From: Candidatus Poribacteria bacterium
GTDB lineage: Bacteria > Poribacteria > WGA-4E > UBA9662
Assembly (NCBI GenBank): GCA_036339735.1
Contig: JAYZAL010000036.1
Location: forward strand, 1-64,000
Length of the DNA: 64,000 nt
Direction of reading: 5' to 3'
The stretch's first letter is position 1, and every line of letters starts with the position of its first letter. The translations under genes were made by a program, and so were the position numbers. The notes beneath the pieces are model-generated. The model was not told the origin of the DNA, did no database searches, and saw only the letters and a list, made by a program, of their open reading frames with translations. Positions 19,896-30,660 of the stretch are shown here, piece after piece.

Positions 19896-21237
19896 GTACA
19901 GATGGTGTTTTCTGATTGGGATCTGGCCAATCCTACTGATCGGCTGCTTAGAAAGTAAATTACCCAAATCCTTGAAAAAAGCAGAAGTACTGATCGAAAA
20001 AGGCCAACCTCAATCTGCAGTCCCAGTACTAGAAAAGTTCGTTTCCGATTACCCTTTAGATCCAGTTGGTCATATGAAATTGGGTGATACTTACAACTTA
20101 ACTGGGCAGACTAAAAAAGCTATTGCTGAATTCCGGGAGGCTATCAGCCTGCTGTCTAATCGGCCCCAAAGCCAAATTGAAGCTCGTATCAAAATAGTGC
20201 GTACGTACCTAAAAATTGGAGATCGAAAACGGGCGAATCTACAACTAAAGGCAATTCTCCGTTCTGATCCGACTGACGAGATTCTAGTTCGTATTGCTGG
20301 CTATGTAACTGACGCATATCACATAACTAAGTTAACTAAGGGTAAGTCCGATAACTACTCACCATCATTCTCGCCAGACGGTAAGCAAATCGCATTTTCT
20401 TCCTTCCGTTTGGATAATGGCGAAATTTATCTAATGGATTTGACTGGTCGTATTCGACAACGTGTGACCTTTAGTACGGATTTTAACGAAACGACCCCTG
20501 TATTTTTGCGTGACCCAAACTATCTACTATACTGCAAAGAGCCAAAAGCATCCAGAGAGATTTCCGTCACTTTACAAGGCAGTGGATCTACTCGTTTTTT
20601 CGCCGGTATTGATGTTTCCCACATCTATAACAAAACTACTCAAGAATTACTACCAGTGAAGTTAGGAGTCCGCGCACCTAGTGGATCACAGACCTCCGAT
20701 CATATTTTGTACGAATCAAATCTAGATGGGAATTTGGAAATTTATCGAATTGACTTTACAGGTAAAAAATTGGATGATATTGGGCAAGTCCAGCCTGAAA
20801 GGCTGACTCACAGTCAAGATTCTGATGATGGAACACCTCGCTATAATTCATTATCTGGGCGAATTATTTTTGTTGCTGGCCGTAATAATGTGCATCAACT
20901 TTACAGTTTTGACCCAAATAAAGGCTCTAAGAGCGAGACTCAACTCCTGATGACTGACTACGATTGTTATAATCCAGCTATTTCACCAGATGGAAAGCAT
21001 ATTGCTTTCGTAGCTGCTCGAGATGGAGACATCGAGGTTTGTCTGATGGATGCGGATGGCACAAATGTGAGGCAGATTACTAATGGAATTGGAATCTCAA
21101 TCCATCCGACTTTTTCACCAGATGGTCGCCAGCTGGCTTTCGTATCTGATCGTTCTGACTCTTTCCACGTTTACTTGATGGATTTAGATCGACCCAAATC
21201 TGCCGAAATTCTATCTGATGAGTTACGTAATTTTTAA
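19885..21237 (+). CDS. TPR plus TolB-like (PD40 beta-propeller) lipoprotein
   Basis: Lipobox-like LLIGC, N-terminal TPRs, repeated PxFSPDGKxIAF. Confidence 0.85.
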   Translation: MQCKYRWCFLIGIWPILLIGCLESKLPKSLKKAEVLIEKGQPQSAVPVLEKFVSDYPLDPVGHMKLGDTYNLTGQTKKAIAEFREAISLLSNRPQSQIEARIKIVRTYLKIGDRKRANLQLKAILRSDPTDEILVRIAGYVTDAYHITKLTKGKSDNYSPSFSPDGKQIAFSSFRLDNGEIYLMDLTGRIRQRVTFSTDFNETTPVFLRDPNYLLYCKEPKASREISVTLQGSGSTRFFAGIDVSHIYNKTTQELLPVKLGVRAPSGSQTSDHILYESNLDGNLEIYRIDFTGKKLDDIGQVQPERLTHSQDSDDGTPRYNSLSGRIIFVAGRNNVHQLYSFDPNKGSKSETQLLMTDYDCYNPAISPDGKHIAFVAARDGDIEVCLMDADGTNVRQITNGIGISIHPTFSPDGRQLAFVSDRSDSFHVYLMDLDRPKSAEILSDELRNF

Positions 21238-21373
21238 TTGCTTCGTTGGCAAGGTTACCTAGCTTGTAATTGGGCTGAAATTGACTTTAATTTGAACCTT
21301 ATGATAGAATCTGATCGCCTCGTCCGGTTTTTGGACCTAGTCAACTTAGATCAATTAAATCTTAGGATACTCT

Positions 21374-22396
21374 ATGAGCGAATTCGCTGAACAGCTGAAA
21401 GAAATTCGAGCTGAAGCCGTCTCAGTTTTACAAAAAGTGTCTAACGCGAAGGAATTGGAAGCTGTTCGTGTCGAGTATTTTGGTCGTAAGGGAAAATATA
21501 CTCTCACGATGAAGGCTATGGCTAAAATTCCTGCTTCGGATCGACCAGCCATGGGGAATCTTTCCAACCAAATCCGGAATGAATTGACACAAAGAATTGA
21601 GGCTATTGCCTCTCAAATAGCAAAAAAAGAACGTGAACAGCAACTACTGAGCGAACGAATTGATATCACACTACCGAGCCGCCATTCACAGATAGGCAAA
21701 AGCCATCCGATTACACAGACCTTCGAAATTATTAATCGTATTTTTCACAATATGGGGTTTCAAATTGCTGAAGGGCCTGAAGTCGAGCTTGAATACTATA
21801 ATTTTGACGCTCTTAACACGCCGGCTGATCATCCAGCAAGAGATTTACAAGATACCTTTTATGTTCAAGATGGTATCGTTTTGCGCACACATACCTCACC
21901 AGTTCAAATCAGGGTAATGGAGCAAGAACAACCGCCCATCCGAGTGATAGCTCCGGGTCGTGTATACCGGCGAGACTACGACATTTCACATACACCTATG
22001 TTTCACCAGGTTGAAGGGCTACTAGTCGATCGAGATGTTTCATTTAGCCAACTCAAGGGAGTTTTATACTCTTTTGCTCAGCAGATGTTTGGTGAAAAAA
22101 CAAAGGTACGTTTTCGTCCTCACTTTTTCCCTTTTACCGAGCCATCCGCAGAAGTTGATATTTCCTGTCCCTTTTGCCAGAATGGATGTCGAACTTGTTC
22201 GGGAACAGGCTGGATCGAAATTCTAGGAGCGGGAGCTGTTGATCCTAATGTCTTTGAGAGTGTAAATTACAACCCAGAAGAATACACTGGATTTGCCTTT
22301 GGTATGGGGGTTGACCGAATTGCTATGATAAAATTTGGTATTACCGATCTTAGACTGATGCTAGAAAATGATATGCGATTTTCAGAACAGTTTTGA
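21374..22396 (+). CDS. pheS: Phenylalanine--tRNA ligase alpha subunit
   Basis: HPARDLQDTF, LRTHTSPVQ, FPFTEPSAE, GFAFGMGVDR. Confidence 0.98.
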   Translation: MSEFAEQLKEIRAEAVSVLQKVSNAKELEAVRVEYFGRKGKYTLTMKAMAKIPASDRPAMGNLSNQIRNELTQRIEAIASQIAKKEREQQLLSERIDITLPSRHSQIGKSHPITQTFEIINRIFHNMGFQIAEGPEVELEYYNFDALNTPADHPARDLQDTFYVQDGIVLRTHTSPVQIRVMEQEQPPIRVIAPGRVYRRDYDISHTPMFHQVEGLLVDRDVSFSQLKGVLYSFAQQMFGEKTKVRFRPHFFPFTEPSAEVDISCPFCQNGCRTCSGTGWIEILGAGAVDPNVFESVNYNPEEYTGFAFGMGVDRIAMIKFGITDLRLMLENDMRFSEQF

Positions 22397-22593
22397 AGAG
22401 AAGATATCAATCCGTAGTTGTCCCAGCAATAAAAATGAAATCGAAATTACTGCCTGATGGAGCTTGAGATATACACTATTGACGTTTATGTGTCGCTATC
22501 TTCTGGGAAGTCAAACAAAAATTAAAAATATATTCTATCAATCCGTTCAAGCTAATTAGTTGAGCGATAACCTGAAGCCAAAGTGAAAAGTAA

Positions 22594-23856
22594 ATGGATA
22601 AACAGCAAATAGACCACATGGTATCTGACAAAGCAAAAGCTGCCAAATCAGGGATGAGAACATTATCCCTCGTTTCATCAGAGGTTCGAAATAGTGCTTT
22701 GCAAGCTATGGCATCGGCCATTCGAGATAATCGGGAGTCTATTTTAGCTTCAAACAAGATAGACATGAAAAATGGATTAGCCAACCGATTGGCTGACCCG
22801 TTAATGAAGCGACTAGAACTAGATGACAAAAAAATCGAGATCATGGCGGATAATCTAGTCCAAGTCGCAGCTCTCCCCGAACCTATTGGTCAGATTGATA
22901 GCATGTGGGAACGCCCAAATGGGCTCAGGGTTGGAACTGTTCGGGTTCCCATTGGTGTAATTGGGGTTATCTACGAATCTAGACCGAATGTGACTGTGGA
23001 GGTAGCGGCACTCTGTATAAAATCAGGTAATGGTGTATTGTTAAGAGGTGGGTCAGAAGCAATTTCATCGAACACAGTTATTGCTGAAATCTTACAAAAA
23101 TCTGCTAAAGGTTTTGGTCTGGATCAAGCAATTCAATTTGTAAATATCACTGATCGTCAAGCTGTTCAATCCATGATTGCCAAGCACGAATTAATCGATC
23201 TAATTGTACCACGTGGAAGCAATGAGTTCATTCGGTATATAATGAAAAATTCTGAAATACCAGTGGTTGGACACGCTGATGGTGTTTGTCATGTTTTTAT
23301 TGATCAAAATGCCGATCTAGAAATGGCAACTGAAATCGCAATCAATTCTAAAACACAGTATGTGGCTGCCTGTAATGCAATGGAGACTTTACTGATTCAT
23401 CAAAGAGTAGCGCAAACTTTTCTACCCAGAATTCAAGTTAGATTAGCTCAGGAGGGCGTTGAATTACGAGGATGCCAAACGAGCCAGAGTATATGTCCTG
23501 ACATGCTAGCGGCAAATTCCGAGGACTGGAGTACAGAATATCTCGATAAAATCTTGTCTATTCGAATTGTAGATGACTTTGATCAAGCGGTCGATCATAT
23601 CAATAAATATGGCTCGCATCATTCGGATGCCATTATCACCAACGATTATGCTACAGCACAAAAGTTCTTGAAAGTCGTTGATTCAGCTGCTGTATATGTT
23701 AATTCCAGTACACGATTTACCGATGGGTATGAATTTGGATTAGGTGCTGAAGTTGGTATCAGCACACAAAAACTACACTGTCGTGGTCCTATGGGTCTAG
23801 AAGGTTTAACTAGTTACAAATATGTTATATATGGGGATGGACAAATCAGACAGTAA
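22594..23856 (+). CDS. proA: Gamma-glutamyl phosphate reductase
   Basis: PIGVIGVIYESRPNVT, ACNAMETLL, EVGISTQKLHCRGPMGL. Confidence 0.97.
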   Translation: MDKQQIDHMVSDKAKAAKSGMRTLSLVSSEVRNSALQAMASAIRDNRESILASNKIDMKNGLANRLADPLMKRLELDDKKIEIMADNLVQVAALPEPIGQIDSMWERPNGLRVGTVRVPIGVIGVIYESRPNVTVEVAALCIKSGNGVLLRGGSEAISSNTVIAEILQKSAKGFGLDQAIQFVNITDRQAVQSMIAKHELIDLIVPRGSNEFIRYIMKNSEIPVVGHADGVCHVFIDQNADLEMATEIAINSKTQYVAACNAMETLLIHQRVAQTFLPRIQVRLAQEGVELRGCQTSQSICPDMLAANSEDWSTEYLDKILSIRIVDDFDQAVDHINKYGSHHSDAIITNDYATAQKFLKVVDSAAVYVNSSTRFTDGYEFGLGAEVGISTQKLHCRGPMGLEGLTSYKYVIYGDGQIRQ

Positions 23857-23867
23857 GGCGTTTTGAC

Positions 23868-23896
23868 TTGACAGCCCAAATAGCCAGTGCTATCAT
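23868..23896 (+). promoter_or_regulatory. Promoter of tRNA-Pro
   Basis: TTGACA-N17-TATCAT with TGn, 15 nt before the tRNA. Confidence 0.7.
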
Positions 23897-23911
23897 AGGG
23901 CTCGTTTAGAG

Positions 23912-23986
23912 CGGGGCGTAGCGCAGTCCGGCTAGCGCACTTGAATGGGGTTCAAGAGGTCGCTGGTTCAAATCCAGTCGCCCCGA
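23912..23986 (+). tRNA. tRNA-Pro(GGG)
   Basis: CGGGGCGTAGCGCAGTCCGGCTAGCGCACTTGAATGGGGTTCAAGAGGTCGCTGGTTCAAATCCAGTCGCCCCGA. CCA not encoded. Confidence 0.96.
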
Positions 23987-24146
23987 TTTATCGTACTTAA
24001 TCGAACGTATAATCCGGTCAATCGCCAAAGGGTGTTGACTCCTACCAGTAAGAAAGGGTTTCCACCATCAATTCCTTATTGTTTGTTATTGAAGGAGCTA
24101 GCCGGGGCTGGGTGTGCGACAAAATTTTTGTGGAGTTTCGAACTAA

Positions 24147-25472
24147 GTGGAAAAATCTGAAGTAAATGTTGGTCTACTTGGGTGGGGGACGGTAGGCAAG
24201 AGCGTTTCCAAAATCCTACTCAGCCAGCACCAAAACATCCTCAAGAAGTCCGGTATTAATCTGAATTTGACCAGAATTGCCAAGCGGACTATGCCTGTTG
24301 AAGGTGAAGGTATCGACCTTCCCAATAACTGCTTGACGACTGATCCATCAGAAGTTGTCAATGGTTCAGGAATCGACGTGGTAGTAGAGTTAATTGGTGG
24401 TGTTGACACTGCCTTTGATCTCGTCACTCAAGCAATGGAAAACGGGAAACATGTGGTCACGGCGAACAAAGCACTATTAGCGGAAAGAGGAGCAGAGTTA
24501 TTTCAGCTAGCTAATCAAAAAGGCGTTTTTCTAGGTTTTGAGGCTAGTACTGCCGGTGGCATTCCGATCATCAAAGCTCTCAGAGAGAGCTTTTCTGGGA
24601 ACCAGATTCAATCAATGCACGGCATAATTAACGGTACCTGCAACTATATCCTAACACAAATGCATGACCAAATGACAAGTTTCGATGTTGCATTAGCTTC
24701 AGCACAGGAAAAGGGGTACGCCGAAGCTGATCCAACTTTGGATATTGAAGGTATTGACGCTGCACACAAATTGTCGATTCTATCCTCTTTAGCCTATAGT
24801 ACCTATTTGCCATTTGACAAGATTTACGTCGAAGGTATCACAAAGATTACCGACAAAGAAATTCAGTATGCTAGAGAATTTGGTTATGTCATAAAGTTAT
24901 TGGCAATTGCTAAAATGACTGATTCAGGAATTGAGGCAAGAGTGCATCCTGCCCTGATTCCAGAAAGAAGCATCTTAGCCAACGTTAGTGGTGCTTTCAA
25001 TGGGGTTTACCTCGTTGGTGATGCTGTTGGGCCAACATTATTCTATGGTCAGGGGGCTGGTGGAATGCCGACAGCAAGTGCTGTTGTTGCTGATATTATC
25101 GAAGCCAGTCAGGCTGCGGCAGGTGGTTTAGTTAACTTGAAAACGGGGGGGTGGATAAAAGAAGAATCCTCTGGAGTTGAAATCAGCTCAATCGCTGAGG
25201 TGAAAACCCGTTATTACATGCGTTTAGTTGTTCGCGATCAACCCAGCGTTCTAGCTGAAATCGGTCAAGCTTTGGGAGATTGTCAAATTAGTATTGCAGC
25301 GGTAACGCAGAAAGCCCCCCAAACCTGTGATACCGTATCCCTAGTCATTATCACACATAAAGCCTTAGAGAAAAATATGGATTTGGCAAGAGAAAAACTC
25401 AGCAATTTAGAAGTGGTCGGAGATGACTTCACTGTCATCCGAATAGAAGAACTTGATTTTGATAACACATAG
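24147..25472 (+). CDS. hom: Homoserine dehydrogenase (with C-terminal ACT domain)
   Basis: GWGTVG, VVTANKAL, GIINGTCNYIL, GYAEADPT, GAGGMPTASAV. Confidence 0.96.
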   Translation: MEKSEVNVGLLGWGTVGKSVSKILLSQHQNILKKSGINLNLTRIAKRTMPVEGEGIDLPNNCLTTDPSEVVNGSGIDVVVELIGGVDTAFDLVTQAMENGKHVVTANKALLAERGAELFQLANQKGVFLGFEASTAGGIPIIKALRESFSGNQIQSMHGIINGTCNYILTQMHDQMTSFDVALASAQEKGYAEADPTLDIEGIDAAHKLSILSSLAYSTYLPFDKIYVEGITKITDKEIQYAREFGYVIKLLAIAKMTDSGIEARVHPALIPERSILANVSGAFNGVYLVGDAVGPTLFYGQGAGGMPTASAVVADIIEASQAAAGGLVNLKTGGWIKEESSGVEISSIAEVKTRYYMRLVVRDQPSVLAEIGQALGDCQISIAAVTQKAPQTCDTVSLVIITHKALEKNMDLAREKLSNLEVVGDDFTVIRIEELDFDNT

Positions 25473-25490
25473 TTTAAGGATAAGAGAACA

Positions 25491-26708
25491 ATGAGTATTA
25501 TCGTCAAAAAGTTCGGTGGTACTTCCGTCGGAGACACGACCAAGATTAAAAATGTTGCCAAGAGGATTGTCGGGACAATTGAAAAAGGCAATCAAGTTGT
25601 GGTTGCAGTTTCGGCCATGGGAGGGACCACGGATAAACTAGTTGCATTGGCTCACGAAGTATCCCCTTCTCCTTTAGAACGGGAACTCGACATGTTATTA
25701 TCCACAGGAGAGCAGGTTTCAATAGCCTTACTTGCTATGGCAGTTTCCGAGCTCGGATATGAAGCTATTTCGCTGACCGGTAATCAAGTGGGTATATTAA
25801 CAGATGGTTTTTATAGCAATGCACGTATTGTTAGCATCAATAATCAGAGGATTTTTGACGAGCTTAAGATGGGTAAAGTCGTCATATTGGCGGGCTTTCA
25901 AGGTGTAACGATTGATGGTGAAATAACGACCTTGGGTCGAGGGGCTTCAGATACAACCGCTGTAGCGATTGCTGCAAGCCTGAATGCCGATCGTTGCGAG
26001 ATCTACACAGATGTTGATGGCATCTATACTGCTGATCCACGAATAGTTAAAAGTGCAAGGAAACTAGACCGAATCACGCACGATGAAATGCTTGAAATGG
26101 CAGGTCTCGGTGCGAAAGTCTTACATTCCCGCTCTGTGGAGTTAGCCAAGAAATTCCAAGTACCGTTAATGGTACGTTCCAGTTTCCATGAAGGTGACGG
26201 AACAATTATTGTAAAGGAAAGTGAAATAATGGAGCAAGTTGTCGTTAGCGGTGTAACGTCCAATAAAGATCAAGCGAAAATATCTCTCATCGGGATTGAA
26301 GACAAGCCAGGTGTAGCAGCAGAAATTTTCAACATTGTAGCTGAACAAAATATCAATATCGACATGATTATTCAAAATGTCGGCCGCGATGGAACTACAG
26401 ATCTGTCTTTCACTGTGCCGGAAAAAGATCTTTCAAAAACGGTTAAAGTAATTCAAGAACTGAATGATCAAATAAAAATTGCGACGCTAGAGACAGATAG
26501 CGATATTTCTAAGGTGTCGGTAGTTGGGATCGGTATGGTGAGCCACGTTGGCGTGGCCTCTAAAATGTTTTCGGCGTTAGCAGAGCAAAATATCAATATT
26601 CAGATGATTAGCACATCTGAAATCAAAATCTCTTGCGTCATAGATCAAACCCAAACTGATAAAGCAGTAGAAGTTATTCACGATAGTTTTGATTTAGGGC
26701 AAGCTTGA
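25491..26708 (+). CDS. lysC: Aspartate kinase
   Basis: [26 protein letters not shown], two ACT domains. Confidence 0.96.
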   Translation: MSIIVKKFGGTSVGDTTKIKNVAKRIVGTIEKGNQVVVAVSAMGGTTDKLVALAHEVSPSPLERELDMLLSTGEQVSIALLAMAVSELGYEAISLTGNQVGILTDGFYSNARIVSINNQRIFDELKMGKVVILAGFQGVTIDGEITTLGRGASDTTAVAIAASLNADRCEIYTDVDGIYTADPRIVKSARKLDRITHDEMLEMAGLGAKVLHSRSVELAKKFQVPLMVRSSFHEGDGTIIVKESEIMEQVVVSGVTSNKDQAKISLIGIEDKPGVAAEIFNIVAEQNINIDMIIQNVGRDGTTDLSFTVPEKDLSKTVKVIQELNDQIKIATLETDSDISKVSVVGIGMVSHVGVASKMFSALAEQNINIQMISTSEIKISCVIDQTQTDKAVEVIHDSFDLGQA

Positions 26709-27226
26709 TCATGACCGACCTTCGATTTTCCAAAAATTTAATAGGTTTAGGGGAGTCGATTACGCGTTCTGTTCAATTTTCTAACACTGAGATTGGCTTA
26801 GACATCCCAGAGATAGGGTTTCTCCAGTTTATTGAAGGTAAAATACGCTTCCTACGGTTATCAGAAGGTCTATACTTCAAAGGAAGTCTTCAATCGCGTA
26901 TTGAAATTCCTTGCCGACGTTGCCTTACCTTATACGAAACAAAACTTCATGTTTCGTTTCGTCTGGATCTCATTGATAATGTGGACTTAGCGGATCGGAT
27001 GGTGGATGGTGAAGTGATTGATCTGACAGAAGATCTGAAGCAAACAATTGCATTAGAAATTCCATGCTGGCCGTTATGCCGAGATGTTTGTCAGGGATTG
27101 TGTGTTTCTTGTGGCTGTAATTTAAATAGTCAGACTTGCTCTTGTCAGTCAGATTTGACTACGTCGTCGCCTTTTGGCAATTTGGAAAATATGTTACAAT
27201 CGAAGGATAGTAACACGAATAACTAA
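26705..27226 (+). CDS. yceD: DUF177/YceD family protein
   Basis: CRRCL and [17 protein letters not shown]...C.C motifs. Directly before rpmF. Confidence 0.85.
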   Translation: MIMTDLRFSKNLIGLGESITRSVQFSNTEIGLDIPEIGFLQFIEGKIRFLRLSEGLYFKGSLQSRIEIPCRRCLTLYETKLHVSFRLDLIDNVDLADRMVDGEVIDLTEDLKQTIALEIPCWPLCRDVCQGLCVSCGCNLNSQTCSCQSDLTTSSPFGNLENMLQSKDSNTNN

Positions 27227-27278
27227 ACACAAAATTATACTCACTATAGAAGAATACGAGATTTAATCGGAGGCGGAA

Positions 27279-27470
27279 GTGGCGTTACCTAAAAGAAAAA
27301 CATCAAAATCCAAAAAAGGGATGAGAAGAAGCCATCAGGCTTTGAAAAACCGAACACTAAATGAATGTGGGAATTGTGGAGAGCTGCGTCGGGCACATAG
27401 TATCTGTCCAGCTTGTGGTCATTATAAGGGTGTACTGTTCAAGAGTGCAAGCGGTGATGGAACAGAGTAA
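27279..27470 (+). CDS. rpmF: 50S ribosomal protein L32
   Basis: [19 protein letters not shown], CxxC...CxxC, SD GGAGG. Confidence 0.96.
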   Translation: MALPKRKTSKSKKGMRRSHQALKNRTLNECGNCGELRRAHSICPACGHYKGVLFKSASGDGTE

Positions 27471-27522
27471 ACTGTACATTTGCTTTTGTTAGTATGCAAA
27501 TGTACTTGACCGATCATTAGTT

Positions 27523-28530
27523 ATGTCCACACAATCTCAAAACCAAATTCGGGCAGTTATTAGTGGGACTGGGGCTGACTTGCCAGAGAAAGTCTTAACC
27601 AACTCTGATCTCGAACAAATGGTGGATACCGAAAATGACTGGATTGTTCAGCGGACCGGAATTGCCGAAAGACGTATCGCGGAGAAAGACACTTCTACCT
27701 CTGATCTGGCTGCTAACGCCGCCCGGCAAGCCTTAAAAGGTGCACAAATTGATCCACTCGACATCGAGCTGATCATAGTATGTACAGCCACGCCAGATAT
27801 GTCGTTTCCTTCAACAGCTTGTATCGTTCAAATGAAGATCGGAGCTAAGAATGCTCATGCTTTTGATTTATCTGCTGCTTGCTCTGGGTTCGTTTATGGT
27901 CTTGATTTAGCTGATGGCATGATCAAGTCTGGTAGGTACAAGACAATCTTGGTAATTGGCGCTGAAACATTTAGTCGAATCGTCAATTGGACAGACCGGA
28001 GTACCTGCATCTTGTTTGGTGATGGTGCAGGAGCAGCTATTGTCCAAGCAAGTACTGAAGATCGAGGAATTATTGCATCATACTGTGGCGCAGATGGTAC
28101 TTATGCAGATACAGAGTTGTTAGCAGTACCAGCTGGTGGGGCAACCTTACCTGTTACTGCTGAAAATGTTAAAAAGCAACTACACAAGGTTACAATGAAA
28201 GGGCGTGAAGTATTCAAGTTAGGAGTTCGAATCATGCCTGAAGCAGCCCTTCACACTCTACAAATGGCAGGTTTAACAGTTGAAGACATAGATTTAGTTA
28301 TTCCCCATCAGGCTAACTTACGAATTATAGAAGCCGTTGGTGAAAGAATCGGCGTACCTTCAGAGAAACTGTATATCAATGTGGATCGTTATGGTAATAC
28401 ATCTGCGGCTACAGTTATTATCGCTTTAGACGAAGCTCTACGTTCAAAAAGAGTCAACCGTGGGGATCTAGTCCTCTTAGTCACCTTTGGAGCGGGTTTG
28501 ACTTGGGGAGCTTCAATCATCAAGATGTAG
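27523..28530 (+). CDS. fabH: Beta-ketoacyl-ACP synthase III
   Basis: AACSGF, PHQANLRI, YGNTSAA, FGAGLTWG. Confidence 0.96.
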   Translation: MSTQSQNQIRAVISGTGADLPEKVLTNSDLEQMVDTENDWIVQRTGIAERRIAEKDTSTSDLAANAARQALKGAQIDPLDIELIIVCTATPDMSFPSTACIVQMKIGAKNAHAFDLSAACSGFVYGLDLADGMIKSGRYKTILVIGAETFSRIVNWTDRSTCILFGDGAGAAIVQASTEDRGIIASYCGADGTYADTELLAVPAGGATLPVTAENVKKQLHKVTMKGREVFKLGVRIMPEAALHTLQMAGLTVEDIDLVIPHQANLRIIEAVGERIGVPSEKLYINVDRYGNTSAATVIIALDEALRSKRVNRGDLVLLVTFGAGLTWGASIIKM

Positions 28531-28587
28531 TTTTTAAATAATTTTTGCCGGATATAGTTCACGATATTTCCCGAGATGGTTTTTTAG

Positions 28588-29502
28588 GTGTCGGAAAAAA
28601 TTGCTTTAATTTTTCCTGGTCAGGGATCCCAGAAAGTAGGTATGGGTCTGCCCCTTTGTAAAAGTATTCCTTTAGCTAAAGATACTTTTGATGAAGCTGA
28701 CGAAATTCTCGGAAGGTCAATTAGCGATATTTGTTTCGAGGGACCACTTCAAGAATTAACGAAAACTGAGAATGCGCAGCTGGCCATTTTTACTAATAGT
28801 GTTGCGAATTTTAGGGTTGCTCAAACACGAGGAATAATTCCAACGGCAGTGGCAGGTCACAGCTTGGGTGAGTATCCTGCATTAGTTGCTGCCGGTGTGA
28901 TATCTTTTAGTGACGGTCTTCGTCTGGTAGAGCAGCGTTCTAGTCTGATGTCAATAGCTGAAAAAGAAGAACCTGGTATGATGGCAGCCATTCTAGGTTT
29001 AGACAACGCTGAAGTTGAAGAAATTTGCCGAGCAGTATCAATCAGTAGCGGTCAAATCGCGCAGGTCGCTAACTACAACTGCCCAGGACAATTAATCGTT
29101 TCTGGCTCAGTTTCGGGTGTTCAGGGTGTTCTAAAAAAAGCTAAATTGTCTGGAGCAAAAAGGGCTTTACCCCTTAAAGTCAGCGGGGCTTTTCATTCAA
29201 ATCTGATGGAACCTGCAAGAGTAGAATTTTCAAAACGAGTTAGTGATTTTCACTTTTCTGATCCACAAGTTGGTCTGGTTGTAAATGTTACGGGTGATTG
29301 GGCTAAGACAGGAAAGCAAATCCAACAACTCTTAGTTGAGCAAATTACAAAACCCGTGTTATGGGAAAGTTGCCTGCAAACTCTTTATTCCCATGGGATC
29401 AGTAGTTTTGTGGAAGTAGGTGATAGTAATGTTCTCGCTGGGCTGGTGACCCGGACTCTTAACAATGCTACGTGTACTAATATATCAACCTTTTTGAATT
29501 AA
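28588..29502 (+). CDS. fabD: Malonyl-CoA:ACP transacylase
   Basis: FPGQGSQ, GHSLGEY, GAFHS. Confidence 0.96.
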   Translation: MSEKIALIFPGQGSQKVGMGLPLCKSIPLAKDTFDEADEILGRSISDICFEGPLQELTKTENAQLAIFTNSVANFRVAQTRGIIPTAVAGHSLGEYPALVAAGVISFSDGLRLVEQRSSLMSIAEKEEPGMMAAILGLDNAEVEEICRAVSISSGQIAQVANYNCPGQLIVSGSVSGVQGVLKKAKLSGAKRALPLKVSGAFHSNLMEPARVEFSKRVSDFHFSDPQVGLVVNVTGDWAKTGKQIQQLLVEQITKPVLWESCLQTLYSHGISSFVEVGDSNVLAGLVTRTLNNATCTNISTFLN

Positions 29503-29526
29503 TTTCTCGGAGTGAGCTAGAAATAA

Positions 29527-30279
29527 GTGGGTATTTGTATGGAGAATCAGGTTGTAGTAGTTACTGGGGCTTCTCGTGGGATTGGATTATCAATTGCTCG
29601 GAGGTTTGGGCAAGCAGGTGCGAACGTAGTTATTTGCGGACGATCGGAGCAAACAATCCAGAACGTAGCTGAGGTCCTAGTAAATGAAGGAATTCAAGCC
29701 AAAGCAAAGGCCGCAGACATTTCTAATCAGTCTGATGCTGACGCGTTGGTCAAATTCGCACTTGATCAATTTTCCAGAATTGATGTTTTAGTCAATAATG
29801 CTGGAATTACCCAAGATACGTTGTTGTTGAGAATGAAGGATGAAGATTGGTCAAATGTAATTCAGACTAACCTAACTGGCACATTTTATTCCACCAAAGC
29901 TGCCACTCGCCAGATGGTTCGACAAAGGAGTGGTCGGATTATTAATATTTCCTCTATCGTTGGGGTAACTGGTAATGCTGGTCAAGCTAATTATGCTGCC
30001 TCAAAAGCAGGAATAATAGGATTCACTAAGTCTGTTGCAAAAGAAATTGCGAGTCGAGGTGTTACCGCTAATGTTATTGCACCGGGTTTTATTACCACTG
30101 ATATGACATCTCAACTATCAGAATCTACTCAAAAACAAATGCTAGAGCTGATACCGTTAGGTCGATTAGGAAATCCCGAAGATATTTCGGAAACAGCATT
30201 TTTTTTAGCTTCTTCTGGGGCAGGATACATAACTGGCCAGGTCATTCATGTCAATGGGGGAATGGCTATGAGCGGTTAG
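29527..30279 (+). CDS. fabG: 3-oxoacyl-ACP reductase
   Basis: TGASRGIG, NNAGIT, NYAASKAG. Start may be the ATG 4 codons downstream. Confidence 0.96.
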   Translation: MGICMENQVVVVTGASRGIGLSIARRFGQAGANVVICGRSEQTIQNVAEVLVNEGIQAKAKAADISNQSDADALVKFALDQFSRIDVLVNNAGITQDTLLLRMKDEDWSNVIQTNLTGTFYSTKAATRQMVRQRSGRIINISSIVGVTGNAGQANYAASKAGIIGFTKSVAKEIASRGVTANVIAPGFITTDMTSQLSESTQKQMLELIPLGRLGNPEDISETAFFLASSGAGYITGQVIHVNGGMAMSG

Positions 30280-30341
30280 CCTTTGTAAAGCTAACCTATT
30301 TATTAATTTTTTACTATAACACATAACTATGAGGTAAATAG

Positions 30342-30572
30342 ATGGCAATTGATTTAGATAGATTAGTCGAGATTGTAGCAGAGCAACTCCAGATTGATGC
30401 AGAACAGGTCGTACCTGAAGCGTCTTTCATGGACGATTTGGGTGCTGACTCCTTGGATACAGTTGAGTTGATTATGGCTCTGGAAGAAGAATTAGGTATC
30501 GAAATTCCTGATGATGAAGCTGAAAGTATTCGGACAGTTCAAGACGCACTAAATTATATTAATCAGAAGTAA
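30342..30572 (+). CDS. acpP: Acyl carrier protein
   Basis: [18 protein letters not shown]. Confidence 0.97.
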   Translation: MAIDLDRLVEIVAEQLQIDAEQVVPEASFMDDLGADSLDTVELIMALEEELGIEIPDDEAESIRTVQDALNYINQK

Positions 30573-30660
30573 TCCAAATTAGCAGACTAAGCAAGTAACA
30601 GCTTGTCGATTGTATTGTGTATAAGACGTTAATAAACGATCTTCAGAAAGGGAGGGTTTT

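Noticed and set aside
21238-21373. T-box or pheM-like attenuator before pheS
   Set aside because: The leader is too short and lacks a T-box motif, terminator or Phe-rich peptide. Only a plausible TTGACT-N18-TAGAAT promoter is present.
24006-24070. CGTATAATCC...CTACCAG after tRNA-Pro resembles a purine riboswitch core
   Set aside because: The P2 loop and P3/P1 closing elements do not fit, and the downstream gene is hom. TATAAT is more simply a -10 box followed by a hairpin.
23945-24160. 71-aa ORF from the track
   Set aside because: It starts inside tRNA-Pro, has no SD and has no recognisable motif.
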